Part shown: positions 13,696 through 26,081 of the stretch, in pieces | Position numbering within the stretch: position 1 is the first letter of the stretch | Layout: each line of letters starts with the position of its first letter | Assembly: GCF_032191835.1 (NCBI RefSeq) | Contig: NC_083229.1 | Coordinates: forward strand, 28,458,001 to 28,522,000 | From: Heteronotia binoei | Lineage: Eukaryota | Reading direction: 5' to 3' | Length of the DNA stretch: 64,000 bases | Notes under the pieces: model-generated | The model's database searches: none | Seen by the model: only the letters and a program-made list of their open reading frames with translations | What the model was told of the DNA's origin: nothing | Translations under genes and position numbers: made by a program

Positions 13696-13856
13696 GGGTT
13701 GGATCCAACCAGTTTTTCCATGCAATTCTCTTCCTTACTACAGCTCCCATTCCACGTGGGTTTTGTATGTCCCATGATTCCCAGCATAACTTTTTTGTGT
13801 GTGATCAAATGGAACTCTCATTTTTCACCAGGAGGAAATTTGTCTGGATCCAACCC
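13696..13856. mobile_element. MITE with GGGTTGGATCCA TIRs
   Basis: gggttggatcca (13696-13707) and tggatccaaccc (13845-13856) form a perfect 12-bp inverted repeat. Confidence 0.7.
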
Positions 13857-14420
13857 AATATATAGGATAAACAGTTATTTCCAGGTTTGTGCCCGTATTC
13901 CCGTAAATAATTTCAATTCAAATACAGGATATAGAAATGTGGCCCACGCCCTTTTATTTTGGGACTGTTAATAGTTGCTAGGCTGTGCTTTTTTAAAATA
14001 ATGGGTAAAAGTATGGCTCCATTTAACACATAACAAAATACGTATCACCTTTGTTTGACGTGGGGCTTTGCACTTCATTTTTGTCCATTTGTGATCATAA
14101 ACTTTACCCCTTCATTCTTCCAGTATGTGAGTTTGTTCTGTCCTTATCTTACTGTTCTTTCGACTCAAATGTCTTGAACGGGTTAAGATCCAACCCTTTT
14201 ATAGGCAGTCATCATAACTAAATATTTAGCAACTACTAAGGTAGTTTTCTAATCCTCATCTACAAGGAAAAACTGAATAACTTTTTTGAGATGGGGCGTT
14301 CACATATATCCTATTAAGAGGGAGGACAAATACCTTTCAGATTTGACCAGATTTCGCACTCCTTCATTCTTCTGTTATTAAGTGCACCCTAATAGTTTAT
14401 CAGAAGGGAATGCAGCACAG

Positions 14421-14580
14421 TACAGTTTGATCTCATCAGATTTCAGAAGCTCAACAGGGTTGGTACTTTGGTGGGAAATCACTGAGGATGTCCTTATAGA
14501 GGAAGGCAGTAGTGTATCTCAGTTGCCATGAAAGCCTCTTGCTGAGGTTGCCATAAATTGTTTGTGACTTGATGGTCTTT
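14421..14580 (+). mobile_element. 5S rRNA-headed SINE (5S-Sauria-like), diverged
   Basis: gatctcatcagatttcagaagctcaacagggttggtac resembles 5S rRNA and is followed by the gaggaaggc...ttgccat tail shared with other copies. Confidence 0.7.
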
Positions 14581-14912
14581 ATGTACATAAATACCTTATG
14601 GTCTAGAATGATCTATTTTGAGCAGTCATTTATTCATATATTGTACATAACTTCTAGAAATACATTGTTTCATATTGGAATGCCAAGGTGAGAAATACCA
14701 TTACTGTTTTTTTTATATATATATTTTGGTAGGAGGCAACAGGTATCAGGTATGCCAAAAATACAGGCATTTTCAGGTCTTTTGTCTTTACAGAAACAGG
14801 GATAACTAGTATATATCTCTTTAACGTGTTACTTTTCCTTGACATATATCCCTTGTTTTTGATAAAACTTGTTAATATTGGAGGTTTTTTGTGTGTGTTG
14901 TACTTTCGCCCA

Positions 14913-15019
14913 TTTCTTTTGAGTAAAGTGGGTTACCCTTATGGTCTACCTTCTACCCTTATATTTTCTTTTGAGTAAAGTGGGTTACCCTTATGGTCTA
15001 CCTTCTACCCTTATATTTT
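14913..15019. repeat. Perfect 52-bp tandem duplication
   Basis: tttcttttgagtaaagtgggttacccttatggtctaccttctacccttatat at 14913-14964 and 14965-15016. Confidence 0.98.
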
Positions 15020-15867
15020 AGAGCCTCTCCTTAAGATAGATATTCCAGCTGTTTTACAAAAAAGAGGAAAACTTAAGCTGGTGTGAATCTCAGGAACAGT
15101 TCTTAGTGTGTGAAAAGGTTCTCCTCTGTCCCTTCTCCATACCCTTGATGATCTGGGACACTTGTGGACCATTCCACTCCTGTTACTATGTGTTAAAAAT
15201 GATCTAGCTTCTGTCTGACAATATTTATACAGTCATTCATGGTAGGATATAAAATTCTTTATTGGGAAGGTTGTTGTTGTTTGTTGTTATTATTATCATG
15301 GGTCTTCAGCGGAACAAATTACTCCATCCAGGTTTCTTTAGATTGGCTGCCTGATGTTCAGAATGGTCAACTGGGAAATGGGATATTTTAAAGAAATAAA
15401 TTGCATATTAAACACTGGCGTGACACTTTTTCTTAATGCATGTGGTTATTAAACACTGATAGAGTAGTTTTAAATTTATTCAATGATTTTAAGGGGTTGA
15501 TGCTGTGTTTATGAACTTTGTTTATAATGGTGAAGATGGTGTTTATCTTCAAATATTCCTTCTAGTTTTTTCTGTTTTAAGTTTCTGCTGGTTTCTGGCC
15601 TACTGATTCAGTTTGGCTTTTATTCCAGCAGTGTGTTCAAACATTTTTTCCAACCTGCTTTTATTAAATAAGGAATTTTTATTGAATAATAATTACTGAC
15701 AATAATTGATTATGCAGAGTGTGTATGTGTGTATCCGCACACACTATTCTTGGAGTATATGAGGCCCCCTGTCTTAAAAAAGTGGGTTCTCTCTCTGCTG
15801 GATTTGTCATCGCACCACAGTTGCGTGTCGGGAATTAAAACCTTGATCCTCTGTGCTTTAATTTCAG

Positions 15868-15915
15868 AGGTATCTTTTAAGAAAACTGGCGACTGACCAT
15901 GACTGTACGGAAAAG
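15868..15915 (+). other. Candidate 48-nt exon (unverified)
   Basis: Acceptor tgctttaatttcag and weak donor AAG|gtacat. One open frame, RYLLRKLATDHDCTEK. CpG-retaining, TE-free context. Confidence 0.22.
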
Positions 15916-17110
15916 GTACATTGGGGACTTCATTCCCCTTTGGGTAGGCAGTGATAATTTGTGATTGTTATATAATGAGACATGTATGATGTGTACTTGT
16001 GGGGCCAGTATAAGTAATATTTATAATACTGTGTCAAAGAAGTGCTGTTGGCAAACGACAACATCCAGGCTTCTCCCTTACCGTATGATAAGCACATATT
16101 GACTCCTACTTTAATAACTTGGTAGGCTTACTAAACTTCTTTTCTCAGTAATTTGTGTCCATAATGACAGATTGTGAAATGAAATTTCAGGACTATATTG
16201 GCATAACATTCAACAGTATGTCATAATAGGATCTTTTCTCAAAAAGCTTTTAGGTCTCTCTGTGTTTCCCCCTCCCCTCCTTGAGGCTGAGCAAGGAACA
16301 GAGCACCCGCCATTCTCAATAGTTTAAATTAAAAGGACTGGGAATCTGCTACTGGTTCAAAGTCATGTTTGGAGAGACGCTGTTAGCTAGAAGATCAGCA
16401 AGTTTTGTTGCCCCTTGTAGAGGTAATTTCTTCTTTGCGAAGGGTTCGAAGTGGGCTGACCTAAACTGCAGAAGCAACCTGAAGCAGTTGGTCAGGCAAC
16501 CATGTCTTTGGAAGGTGTTGACGATGCTGTCTGAGGGGATTTTCTGTAGTGTCACACAAGGGGTTAATCTTGGGTAGAACATTGCTCTGTGTGATCTGAG
16601 AACTGTGCTCTCAGTGTTCTCTGTAGTGGGGAATGGACCTCTCAGCTTCCGTCGTGGCACAAAATGTGACTGACTGCAACTATATGATATGTCAGTAGTA
16701 GTAAAGGTGAATTAGGGCCAATATCCAAACACACATCTTTTGAGATTAACTACTACCACTGCATCATAAGTTTTTCTTTTACATTTTTCCAATTTTTTGG
16801 TTTGGGCTAGGGTAGTGGGAGAACAGTGTCGTGGAGATTTGCCATTGATCCAGATTTGCCATTGACTCAAACTGCCCCACCATCTTTTCCTTTTGGTCAG
16901 GTGGAACTACAGAAGATGGCAAAACAGATAACTATCATAGTACAATTTTCTGATCCCATTATAAGGGTTCCTGGAAATTGTGGACCAAAACTGAACAAAC
17001 AATACAGTTGGGAAACTGAAGCAATCTGACATGAAACTGAAGGGAAACTGAGAATGATTGTACTTGCAGGTGGCAACCAGTACGATGGGTTGTGAGAGGA
17101 GAAAGATTTT

Positions 17111-17392
17111 AGAAGAAGAAGAAGATATTGGATTTCTATCCCGCCCTCCACTCCGAAGAGTCTCAGAGCGGCTCACAATCTCCTTTACCTTCCTCCCCCA
17201 CAACAGACACCCTGTGAGGTGGGTGGGGCTGGAGAGGGCTCTCACAGCAGCTGCCCTTTCAAGGACAACCTCTGCCAGAGCTATGGCTGACCCAAGGCCA
17301 TCTCAGCAGGTGCAAGTGGAGGAGTGGGGAATCAAACCTGGTTCTCCCAGATAAGAGTCCGCACACTTAACCACTACACCAAACTGGCTCTC
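17111..17392 (-). mobile_element. Squam3-type (MIR/Ther1-derived) SINE, full length, young
   Basis: tRNA-like head (revcomp gagagccagtttggtgtagtggttaagtgtgcgg), CORE-like cctcacagggtgtctgttgtgggg and (TTC)n tail. About 8 differences from the 50854 copy. Confidence 0.9.
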
Positions 17393-18717
17393 TTGAACCT
17401 CCATGGTCTGCAGGTGGAATGTAGCTTAGTATACTTCTCTAGAGGTCTGTGCTGCACATGGTCTCAAACTTTAGGGTCTCTGGACTGGAAAACTCATGGT
17501 TGTAAGTCTTAATTTAAACACACCTGCCTGCAACCCTTCCATATACTGTGATTGAACTGAGGTTTACAATCCTGGTTTTGCAGAGAAAAAACAAAGTCTA
17601 GTTTGCCTGGACACCTGCATTGAGACATCAAGATGAATTGGAGTTTTATTTCATGACTTTCCAGGTTGAGAAGTCTTCAGTTGTGCTCCATGCACAGGGG
17701 GGGGGGGCGCAAAGAAGTGAGGAGAGCGCATGAACACAGCAACAAACTGTGCTTGTTCTTGTCACGGGCAAAAGCTCTTCTTGTGATGAAGTCTAAACAC
17801 TGATATGACTGTGACTGTGTTGCTGGGAGTTTCGTGTGACATCAAGCTGTATTAATGTTTTGGTATATAACTCCTGAGCTTAGAGATTTGGTGCCCTCTA
17901 ACACATTTCACTCCCCAAAAACATTTGACAAGTGTGTTGCATCAGCCACCTGTGTTTCAGCTACAACAATCTGCCCACTTTTTCTACTCAATTCCTACTG
18001 TTTTCTCTTCATTCCTGTATGGCTGAAAGAGGGGAGCAAAATAAATGAAAGTCCCATAAATTCTGAGGTTGAGTGTAAGAAAAGCAAGAGAAGGGAGTGT
18101 TGCAGGTGAAGCTGAAAAGACAGACAGCAAAATGAAAAGATTTCCCCCAAATACCTCTTGATCCCTACTGTCTGGATTACACTGTTTTGGATGTAATCTT
18201 TGTGACATGTACTATCTCTGCTATGAAAACTAGAACCTTCATGTGCATACTAGTCAGGGGATTTAACTAAATGACCTCTACATTATTCCAGTTTTGGGAT
18301 AGGTTTTTTAAAGTAATTGTTCTCCCCTCCCCCAGTTGCTTATGTCAGCCAAAAACACAACACCACCTGACTCCTAAGTGATTTTTAATTTTACTGTATT
18401 GAAATTAATTAATTTACTGAACCTCTGTGGGGCTTTTATATCTGACACTGTAACATCATTTCACAAGGCTGACTTGTGTCTGACAATGCAAAATGAAGCA
18501 TATAATTACACCCGTTTTATAGATGGATGCATTGAGGCAAAATGGCTTGTGGAGAAATTGTACAGAGAATTAGGGCAAAAGAAAGAATGGGATTCAGAAA
18601 TACTGTCTTGATAGTGAACTTTTAATACTAGTGGTAACAGTTGGTGTATTATTTTTACTCGTAACATTTTAATTTGTGATTGTTGCTGAAGTCTGACTTT
18701 TATTGTATGTGATGAAT

Positions 18718-18784
18718 AACAGCGTAATCCTAAACAGAGTTGCATCATGGTAACTCCATTGAAGTCTTTAAGATTGTACTGTAA
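18718..18784. mobile_element. Palindromic MITE, ACAGTGCAATCCTAA family
   Basis: aacagcgtaatcctaaa ... tttaagattgtactgtaa inverted ends. Confidence 0.65.
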
Positions 18785-18894
18785 GGGGAAAAAAATCCAC
18801 AATGTGTATATTTGCTGTTTGTCTTGACACGCGCATGACATCTAATGTATGGTAGCCCATGATAGTCATTAAATGAAGGAATTAAAATACCTTA

Positions 18895-19220
18895 AACACT
18901 GGACTGATTCAGCACAGCTCTTCTTATGTTCCAATGGTCCATATAGTCCAGCATCTTGTCTCACACAGTGGCCAACTAGTTCCTCTGGATAGCCAACAAC
19001 AGGGCATTGAGGCCGAGGCCTTCTCTGATGCGTTGCCTCTGATTGTGGAGGTTCTCCTTAGTAACCATGGCTGGTAACTGATAGACTTATCCTCCATGAA
19101 TTCTGTCTAATCCCCTTTTAAAGCTGTTTATTCCTGTGGCTATCACTACGTCCTCTGGCAGCAAATTCCATATTTTATTTACTCTTGGTGTAAAGTAGTG
19201 TTTCCTTTTGTCCATCTTTA
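18895..19220 (-). mobile_element. CR1 LINE 3' end with inverted terminal ~36 bp
   Basis: The minus-strand CR1 3' UTR/ORF2 end (tagtccagcatc, cacacagtggcc, ctctggcagcaaattcca) is preceded by a plus-oriented tail, ggactgattcagcacagctcttcttatgttc. Confidence 0.8.
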
Positions 19221-20675
19221 TATTCATTTGGAAATATGGAATGTGGATTTGTGATTGATCTGTGCATCTTCTTGCGCAGTATTCAAAACTATATATCCCA
19301 AATGTTTTCTCTGTGCATTAGTAAATGATTTGAATGTCATTATTGATAGTTTTTTGTCTACATTAGTCTGAGTCAGTGCATGGTTGCAATGGCTTGTCTC
19401 AGCAGTATGGACTGGATGAGTACAAGTAGTCTTCTGATGACAGTGTGTACGTCCAAATCGCATTACGGCACACTCTTGGGAACGATCTTTTGGAAGCATT
19501 TTTAATGTAGCAGACTGGGAACTGGAAGCGTAGTAGAATGCTCAGATAGCCATGTAATTTCTCACATATTCTTGTTCAGTCTACAATGACAAAACAAATT
19601 AAACACAATTTGAATATATGTGCTCAATGAGCATTGACCAAGGTTTGTTTGTTTTTCCCCCAGTCCTTCAAAACATGCTCAATTCAAATGTTGCCTGTTT
19701 TGCATCTGCTGGTCAGGGTTCCCAGAGCCAATCACGTAATGGCAATGAAGGCTTACCACAGAAGTGACTGGGAACAATGCAGAACAAACCTTGCAGTGTC
19801 CAATCACAATCTTTCCCTATTCTGCATAGGTCATCCTACCAGTGAGCCTTTTTACTATACTAATCTGGGAGTTCTTTTGGGGTGTACTTGTAACTTTTGT
19901 TGGGAACCCAATTAGTCATTAATGATAGATTGCTGCTCCCTGTTGAATTGACTGAATTCAGCTTTTGGTACTGTGGTGTTTAACAATTCATTAGAGGAAA
20001 GATTCACCAGCATAATGCATGCCATGTCTTTTATTTAATTATCTCATTTATTGAAGCGATAATGAAATTATATGTAAGAATAGCGTATGGATCAATAGGA
20101 ACCAGTAAAAAACCCCCACATGTTGAGAACAGATGCTGAAAAATAAATGTAACAAACATATTCCCAGCATGGTTCCCTTCTGCTAATGGATCTGGGTAAC
20201 CCCCCCCCCCTTTTGCTTTATTTAAAAAAGAATTAACTGTGCAGAGTTCACCCTTCTAAGTCCATAAGATTACAAAGGTATAACTGCTTAGGATAGTACT
20301 GTAAGTAAAGTAGTTTTTTTAAAAAAAACTACGCTTGGGTACATTGGTATGTCTGTTGATGTTTGTTTTTGTGATGAGGAATTTACCTCTTCAACAGTCA
20401 AGTTGCCAAAATGAGATACAGGTTGATATTAGTTTAAAAAAATGGTTTGTAGACATTCAAATTGTACAATCCTACATTGTAGACACTCAGGTGCTGCCGA
20501 CTGTATCAAGAATTTTGTACTCCCCAACAAAACAAATTAAGACATAGGGGAAAGTATTTAGTATCTCACTGGGTTGGTTTAAAAACATTGTGCAGGATGT
20601 GTGTGGTGGGGTAGGATAGCTGGTTAATCCGTAATAACACACCAGGAGGGTTTGTTCTTGTTCTGCTGGCTATAT

Positions 20676-20889
20676 ACATATGAACATATGAAGCTGCCTT
20701 ATACTGATTCAGACCCTCGGTCCATCAAAATCAGTATTGTCTACTCAGACTGGCAGCGGCTCCCCAGGGTCTCAAGCTGAGGTTTTTCAAGCCTATTGGC
20801 CTGGACCCTTTTTAGTTGGAGATGCTGGGGATTGAACCTGGGACCTTCTGCTCACCAAACAGATGCTGTACTACTGAGCCACCATCCCT
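20676..20889 (-). mobile_element. tRNA-headed SINE with CR1-like tail (family name uncertain)
   Basis: B-box-like revcomp of gggattgaacctgggacc, head ctactgagcc, and (catatgaa)n tail. Confidence 0.8.
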
Positions 20890-23800
20890 ACATAAGTGAA
20901 TAAATTTGAACTAGTAACTATCTGTAAAAAAAATCCATAGGACCAAACTGCTTGATAGATGCTCCACATAGATCTGGGAATTGGCTGCGTGATTTAGGCC
21001 TTAATGCACTGGGGATTTTGTTTATGGGCGCTGGTTAAGCATGACTCCCACAGGTATACCATCCAGTGAGTCCAGAGGCAGGACAGACATAATCCTTCTC
21101 CTCAACAAACTTAGTCAGGAATAATGTTCTAATTAGTCCTTTATATAGACAAAACACCTGAGTAAGTTGGAAACCATAAATTAGAAGCCAAGAACTTCAG
21201 AACATTCCTAATAAAGATCAATAGATTAGGTAACAATTGTGTGTTTTAATTGATTAAATGTCTGATGAAGAAACTTTTGCAATTTGAATGTTTTCAGACA
21301 GGAGGATCCCATGGTTGAATCGCTGTGGTTTAAATTTAATATTAAAAATTTAGCTTTCAATCTGGGTGACCTAGATTGCGATGATTAAAAATCCGGTGTT
21401 GATTATACTTCATATAGAATCTGGATAAGTGCTGATGCTATAGCAGAAAGGGCTGATGGATAAAGGGTAAAAGTCCTCTGTACAAAAAAACAAAACAACT
21501 GCTGAAATATGCCAGTTCTTCAGTTCTGCATAAGGGTATATGGATCAAAGTTTTTGTTAACATTTCTTAAAAATGTGGATTTAAGTGGGTGATCACCTGG
21601 ATCCATTCTGCTAACAATGTCTCTTTGGTGGAAGAAGACTTTTCCTGACTGAGAAGACTGCTTTCCTGGTATAAGAGCCTTCTGAATCGAGAAGGGCCCT
21701 AGTGCTGAGATAAGCTACCATTCTTAGCAGAAAAGATCTGCCTGATCCATCCTATATTGAGAAGACACCCCCCCTCCATACATTCTTTTTAACCTATAAA
21801 CAGGCATTTATTCGGAAAAAAAATTCTAACCGGTCAGCAAGTCCATTTGGAGACTTGTAGCAAGTCTCTCTCTCCCTCAGCTTTTAGTAGTGGGTAATTC
21901 ATATTTATGACTGATCCACCACTAAAAGCCCAAGTTAAAGAAAAGAAAAGAAATAGGAGCAGCCGAAACTGTCAGTTCAGACACTTTACTGGGCAGACAA
22001 GTTTGAACTTTACTGAAAGGAAGATGACCCCTTAAAACGTGCTGATCGATGGATTTACTGTGTAAAATTGTGAGTTAGATGATGTGAGAAATAATCCAAA
22101 ACTGCTTGGAGAGAACAAGCAAATGTAAATCTCATTTTTAGAAAAAAGATCAGTTTGTTGGTCAACTGTAAAATGCATGAACTGATTTTTGACCAGGTTT
22201 CCAAAAACTGTATACAAAGTTAAAAATATCATGTGTAACTATTTGAATCAACTTGAGTGAAAAGCCGTAAGGGGGGGGGGGGGGGAATTGGTTGAAGTAA
22301 ATGGAATGTAGATAATTTAATTGAAGGCTGAGGGAGCAATCCTAAACAGGTCTACTCAGAATTTCACTTAGGACTATTTAAAGGGGCTGGTTACCAGGAA
22401 AAGTGTTCTTAGGATTGTACTAAAAATAGAGCAAGGGCCTATCTTTTGGGGTTTCACTGTGGAAAGTAAATGTTGGTAGAATTTAGTCGGTAATTTTATT
22501 CAGAATCTGAGTACTGTACTTATTGCAGTGTTCAGACAGAATATAAGTTCTCCCACATGATTTCCATGGATATTCCTGGATGGTATCTCCTGGGTCCAAT
22601 GTACTGGGTAATCCTTGGGTCCATTAGGAAGGCCATAATAATAAAGTCACATCATGATATTCTGTTATTTATTGTTTTTATGTTTTAGAAATCAGAGATT
22701 TTTGCAGTGGAGGGTTTGTTCTTTGCACAGGAAACTTGTATAAGTTGCATGTATTTGATATAATCATCATAATTTAATTTTAACAAAGTGAGCTTTCATG
22801 TGTTTCTATAACATACATATTTCATTTAAACTATGATTTTTAAAAACATAATATTAATAATTTTTTTAAGATATAATTTTTAAATTTTAAAAAATATTAT
22901 CCTCTCTAAGCCTCAGATAGATAGTTGAACTATCCTGGTGTCTTTTCACCAGTAACAACCAGTTCACTGCCTAATCTATTACCTGATTGGTAACATGTTT
23001 AATATTTGGAAGTGGAATTGACTTCTTTGTAATGGATGTAGCCAAGAGGATTGCACATGTGTGTGATGGGCAGGGGGAAAACACTTTCCAATGTTCACAT
23101 GATATAATTCTGGGATGGGCTCAGGGACCTCTTGCATCACTGGGTCAGCATTCTACCCACTCTATTTAAGATCAAGCTGTTCAGATTTCCCCTCATTCTA
23201 GATCTAGAGTGGGTAGTAACTCAACTTTGTTTTGCTGTGATCATAACACAAGAAGACATTCCATTTATTCTCATTTTGCAAATAATAGAGAAGGATGGTG
23301 GCCTAAGGTAATTCTATTGCAGAACTGGAATTACAACCTAGATTTCTGTGTTCACCTGTGTATATTCCCTCAGTGCTCCACACAGAACTAGAATGTTCTT
23401 GGTTCTTGCTATTACTGACCACTGAGCCTCCCCAGATTCTGCTTGTGGAAGGCCAAAGGACTCTCAGGATCAATATGAAGGGCAAAATATGGATCTGCAA
23501 TGGGAAAGGGGAATCGACAAAAAAAGCCCCTCTTTAGGTAAATGCATATGGCTCTAATAAGGGCCACTGTGAAAATTATATGCAAGAGCCCTGATTTGAT
23601 ACTTACCAATTAAAATTGTTCGAAGTTGTTATTTCTAGTGACATATTAAGTGTGGTAATATTACTCTTATATACAGGTCACCTAGCTTTCTCCCCCCCCC
23701 CCCCCCCGTTCAGTGGTTTTATTGAAAAATAAATAGTTACAGAATTAACATACAGTGTACAGAAAAAACAATAAGTGACCAAGTATTGGCAATTAATGAA

Positions 23801-24187
23801 ATGCCAATAATGATAATACAGTATTATCCAAATGTACATCACACCCTTGATATTCCTTGATATTGAATGGGATGGATTTTCACCATTCAGTCCGGTGAAA
23901 AAAGAATGCATAGTAAAGTACCTCCCACTGGTTGCCAGCACTGATAACACTATGCTGTATTTATAATATGTGCAGGAATGAATCTGATGAGCTGAATGTT
24001 AAGTTGCATTCTTCTCCAAGATCAATTTACGTAGCTATGGCTGGCTAGACTGGCGTGAGAAGGAACCACGTCATTTGCCTAATCTTATTAGTGGAATGGT
24101 ATAGACTCTGGTCATACAAAAGCATATCTTATGCTTCATTATAACATACGAGCTTGGCCCTTGATTATATTTCATCTCCAGACCATT

Positions 24188-24638
24188 AGAAGAAGAGATT
24201 AGATTTATACCCTGCCCTTCACTACCCGAAGGAGAATATCCTTTCCCCTCTCCTCACCACAGCAGACACCCTGTGAGCAATGTTCCCTCTAAGCTGCAGA
24301 ATTTTGTGAGCAAAAATTCTATTATATGAGCTACTGGCATTAAAGTTGTGAGCTACTGCATAAATTATTGTGCTCTGGGGTCATCCTTCCTGAGCTAAGA
24401 CAAAAATCTGAGCTGGAGGCTAAAAATCTGTGAGCTAGCTCACACCATCTCAATTTAGAGGGAACATTCCCTGTGAGGTAGGTGGGGCTGAGGGAACTCT
24501 CCCATAACTGCTTTTGAGTAGAACAGCTTTGAGAGAACTTGTGGCTAACCCAAGGTCACATCAGCAGGTTCATGTGGAGGGGTGGGGAATCAAACCCAGT
24601 TCTCTCAGATAAGAGTCCACGCACTTAATCACTACACC
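24188..24638 (-). mobile_element. Squam3-type SINE interrupted by a hAT MITE
   Basis: The tail half (24188-24277) and head half (24470-24638) rejoin across the duplicated cctgtgag. Confidence 0.85.
24278..24469. mobile_element. 192-bp hAT MITE (CAATGTTCCCTCTAA TIR)
   Basis: TIRs caatgttccctctaa / ttagagggaacattc. Perfect 8-bp TSD cctgtgag at 24270-24277 and 24470-24477. Confidence 0.92.
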
Positions 24639-24726
24639 ACTTCAATGTCCTTCTCTGTGTGTAGGGAGAGTAAATCCTATTATTTTGCATGTGCTCAAAG
24701 TTTGGTGGTGGAAAGTGCCATGAATT

Positions 24727-24900
24727 CGCAGGTGACTTATGACAACACCATAGGGTTTAAAAAGCAAAAGGCTAACAGAGGTGGTTTGATTTTGCCTCCT
24801 TTTGGGTGGCGACCCTGGATTTCCCAGCAGTCTCCCATCCAACTATTTACCCTACTTAACTTCTGAGATCTGATAAGATTGGGCTAGCTTGAGCCATCCA
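24727..24900 (-). mobile_element. 5S rRNA-headed SINE
   Basis: gtctcccatcc...cttaacttctgagatctgataagattgggc is the reverse of a 5S-like head. Tail gaggtggtttg. Confidence 0.7.
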
Positions 24901-25602
24901 GATTGGAGCAATTTAGGAAATGAGAAGCAATTTCTGTCATCAATACTGCATCTGTTCTTCACAGCTGATGGAGCTTATTTTTACTTTTTGGACAAACATA
25001 CTTATTGACATTCCTGACTATCAAAATGAGACTAATCTCGACTCGGTGCAGTAGCCCCTTTCGTCACCCCCGGTGCAGGTTAAGTAATACGTACATATAC
25101 AAATCAAGGTAGCTGCTGGTGTGTCAGTGTTGATGCTGTCAGCATTTGTTTTAATTAGACCAGCATAATGTATGTGAGAAGTACCTAAACGAAGAAGCAG
25201 CTTACCACTAATCACTGGGCACACAAGCAGCTAATAAAATTTCAAAGCTTCTAAAACACTGAGCTAAGCTTATTTGATCTTAACTGGGCAGCCATTTATC
25301 TCTTATTAATTATTGGCAATTTTCTGTGCCTCTCTGCTCTGGGCCTGGGAAGTCGTTTTATTGACTTTTAGAAATGTCTGAAGCAGTTAACACAGCGCTG
25401 CACAAAGAATGCACAGCTCTCTGATTCTCTTTGAATTTTTCACGCCTGTCAATAATGAGCCTCTGTATGTTCGATTTATAAGAAAAGCCCTACCAGATCA
25501 TCTAAAGGTCAATCGATTCTAACATCTTCTTTCCCTCAAACCCCAAACAACTCATGAAGGCCGTTGCCTTCCTTTGCTGTTGTATGCTAGCTGTTGGCAT
25601 TG

Positions 25603-26081
25603 TAGGGTTGCCAATCCGCAGCTGAGGGCAGGGGATCCCCAGGTTTGGAGGCCCCCCCATTTCAGGGTTATGAGAAAGCAAGGGGGAGAGAAAAATGTTG
25701 CTGGGCACTCCATTATGCCCTATGGAGACAGGCTCTCATAAGGCATAATGGAAAATTGTTCTGTGGGTATCTGGGGCTCTGGAGGGGGCTGTTTTTTGAG
25801 GTAGAGGCATTACATTTTCAATATAGCATCTGGTGGCTCTCCTCAAAACATCCCCCAAGTTTCAAAAATGTTAGACCAGGGGGTCCAGTTCTATGAGCCC
25901 CAAAAGAAGATGCTCCTATCCATTATTTCCAAATGGACGGAAGGCATTTAAAAGGTGCACGGTTCCTTTAAATGTGATAGCCAGAACTCCCCTTGGAGTT
26001 CAGTTGTGCTTGTCACACCCTTGCTTCTGACTCCACCCCCAAAGTCCCCAGGTATTTCTTGAGTCGAACCTGGCAATCCTA
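25603..26081. mobile_element. TAGGGTTGCCA-terminated non-autonomous DNA transposon (hAT-like)
   Basis: TIRs tagggttgcca / tggcaatccta. Internal hairpin ccattatgccctatggaga...tctcataaggcataatgg. Homologous to 39140-41103 and 46325-47063. Confidence 0.85.

Noticed and set aside
16565-16625. Hairpin containing tgagaactg (miR-146-like start)
   Set aside because: The similarity ends after 9 nt and the stems are short and discontinuous.
22270-22287. Poly-G runs (also poly-C at 7365 and 23690) as functional G-quadruplexes
   Set aside because: Simple homopolymers are common throughout the window and their length is assembly-sensitive.
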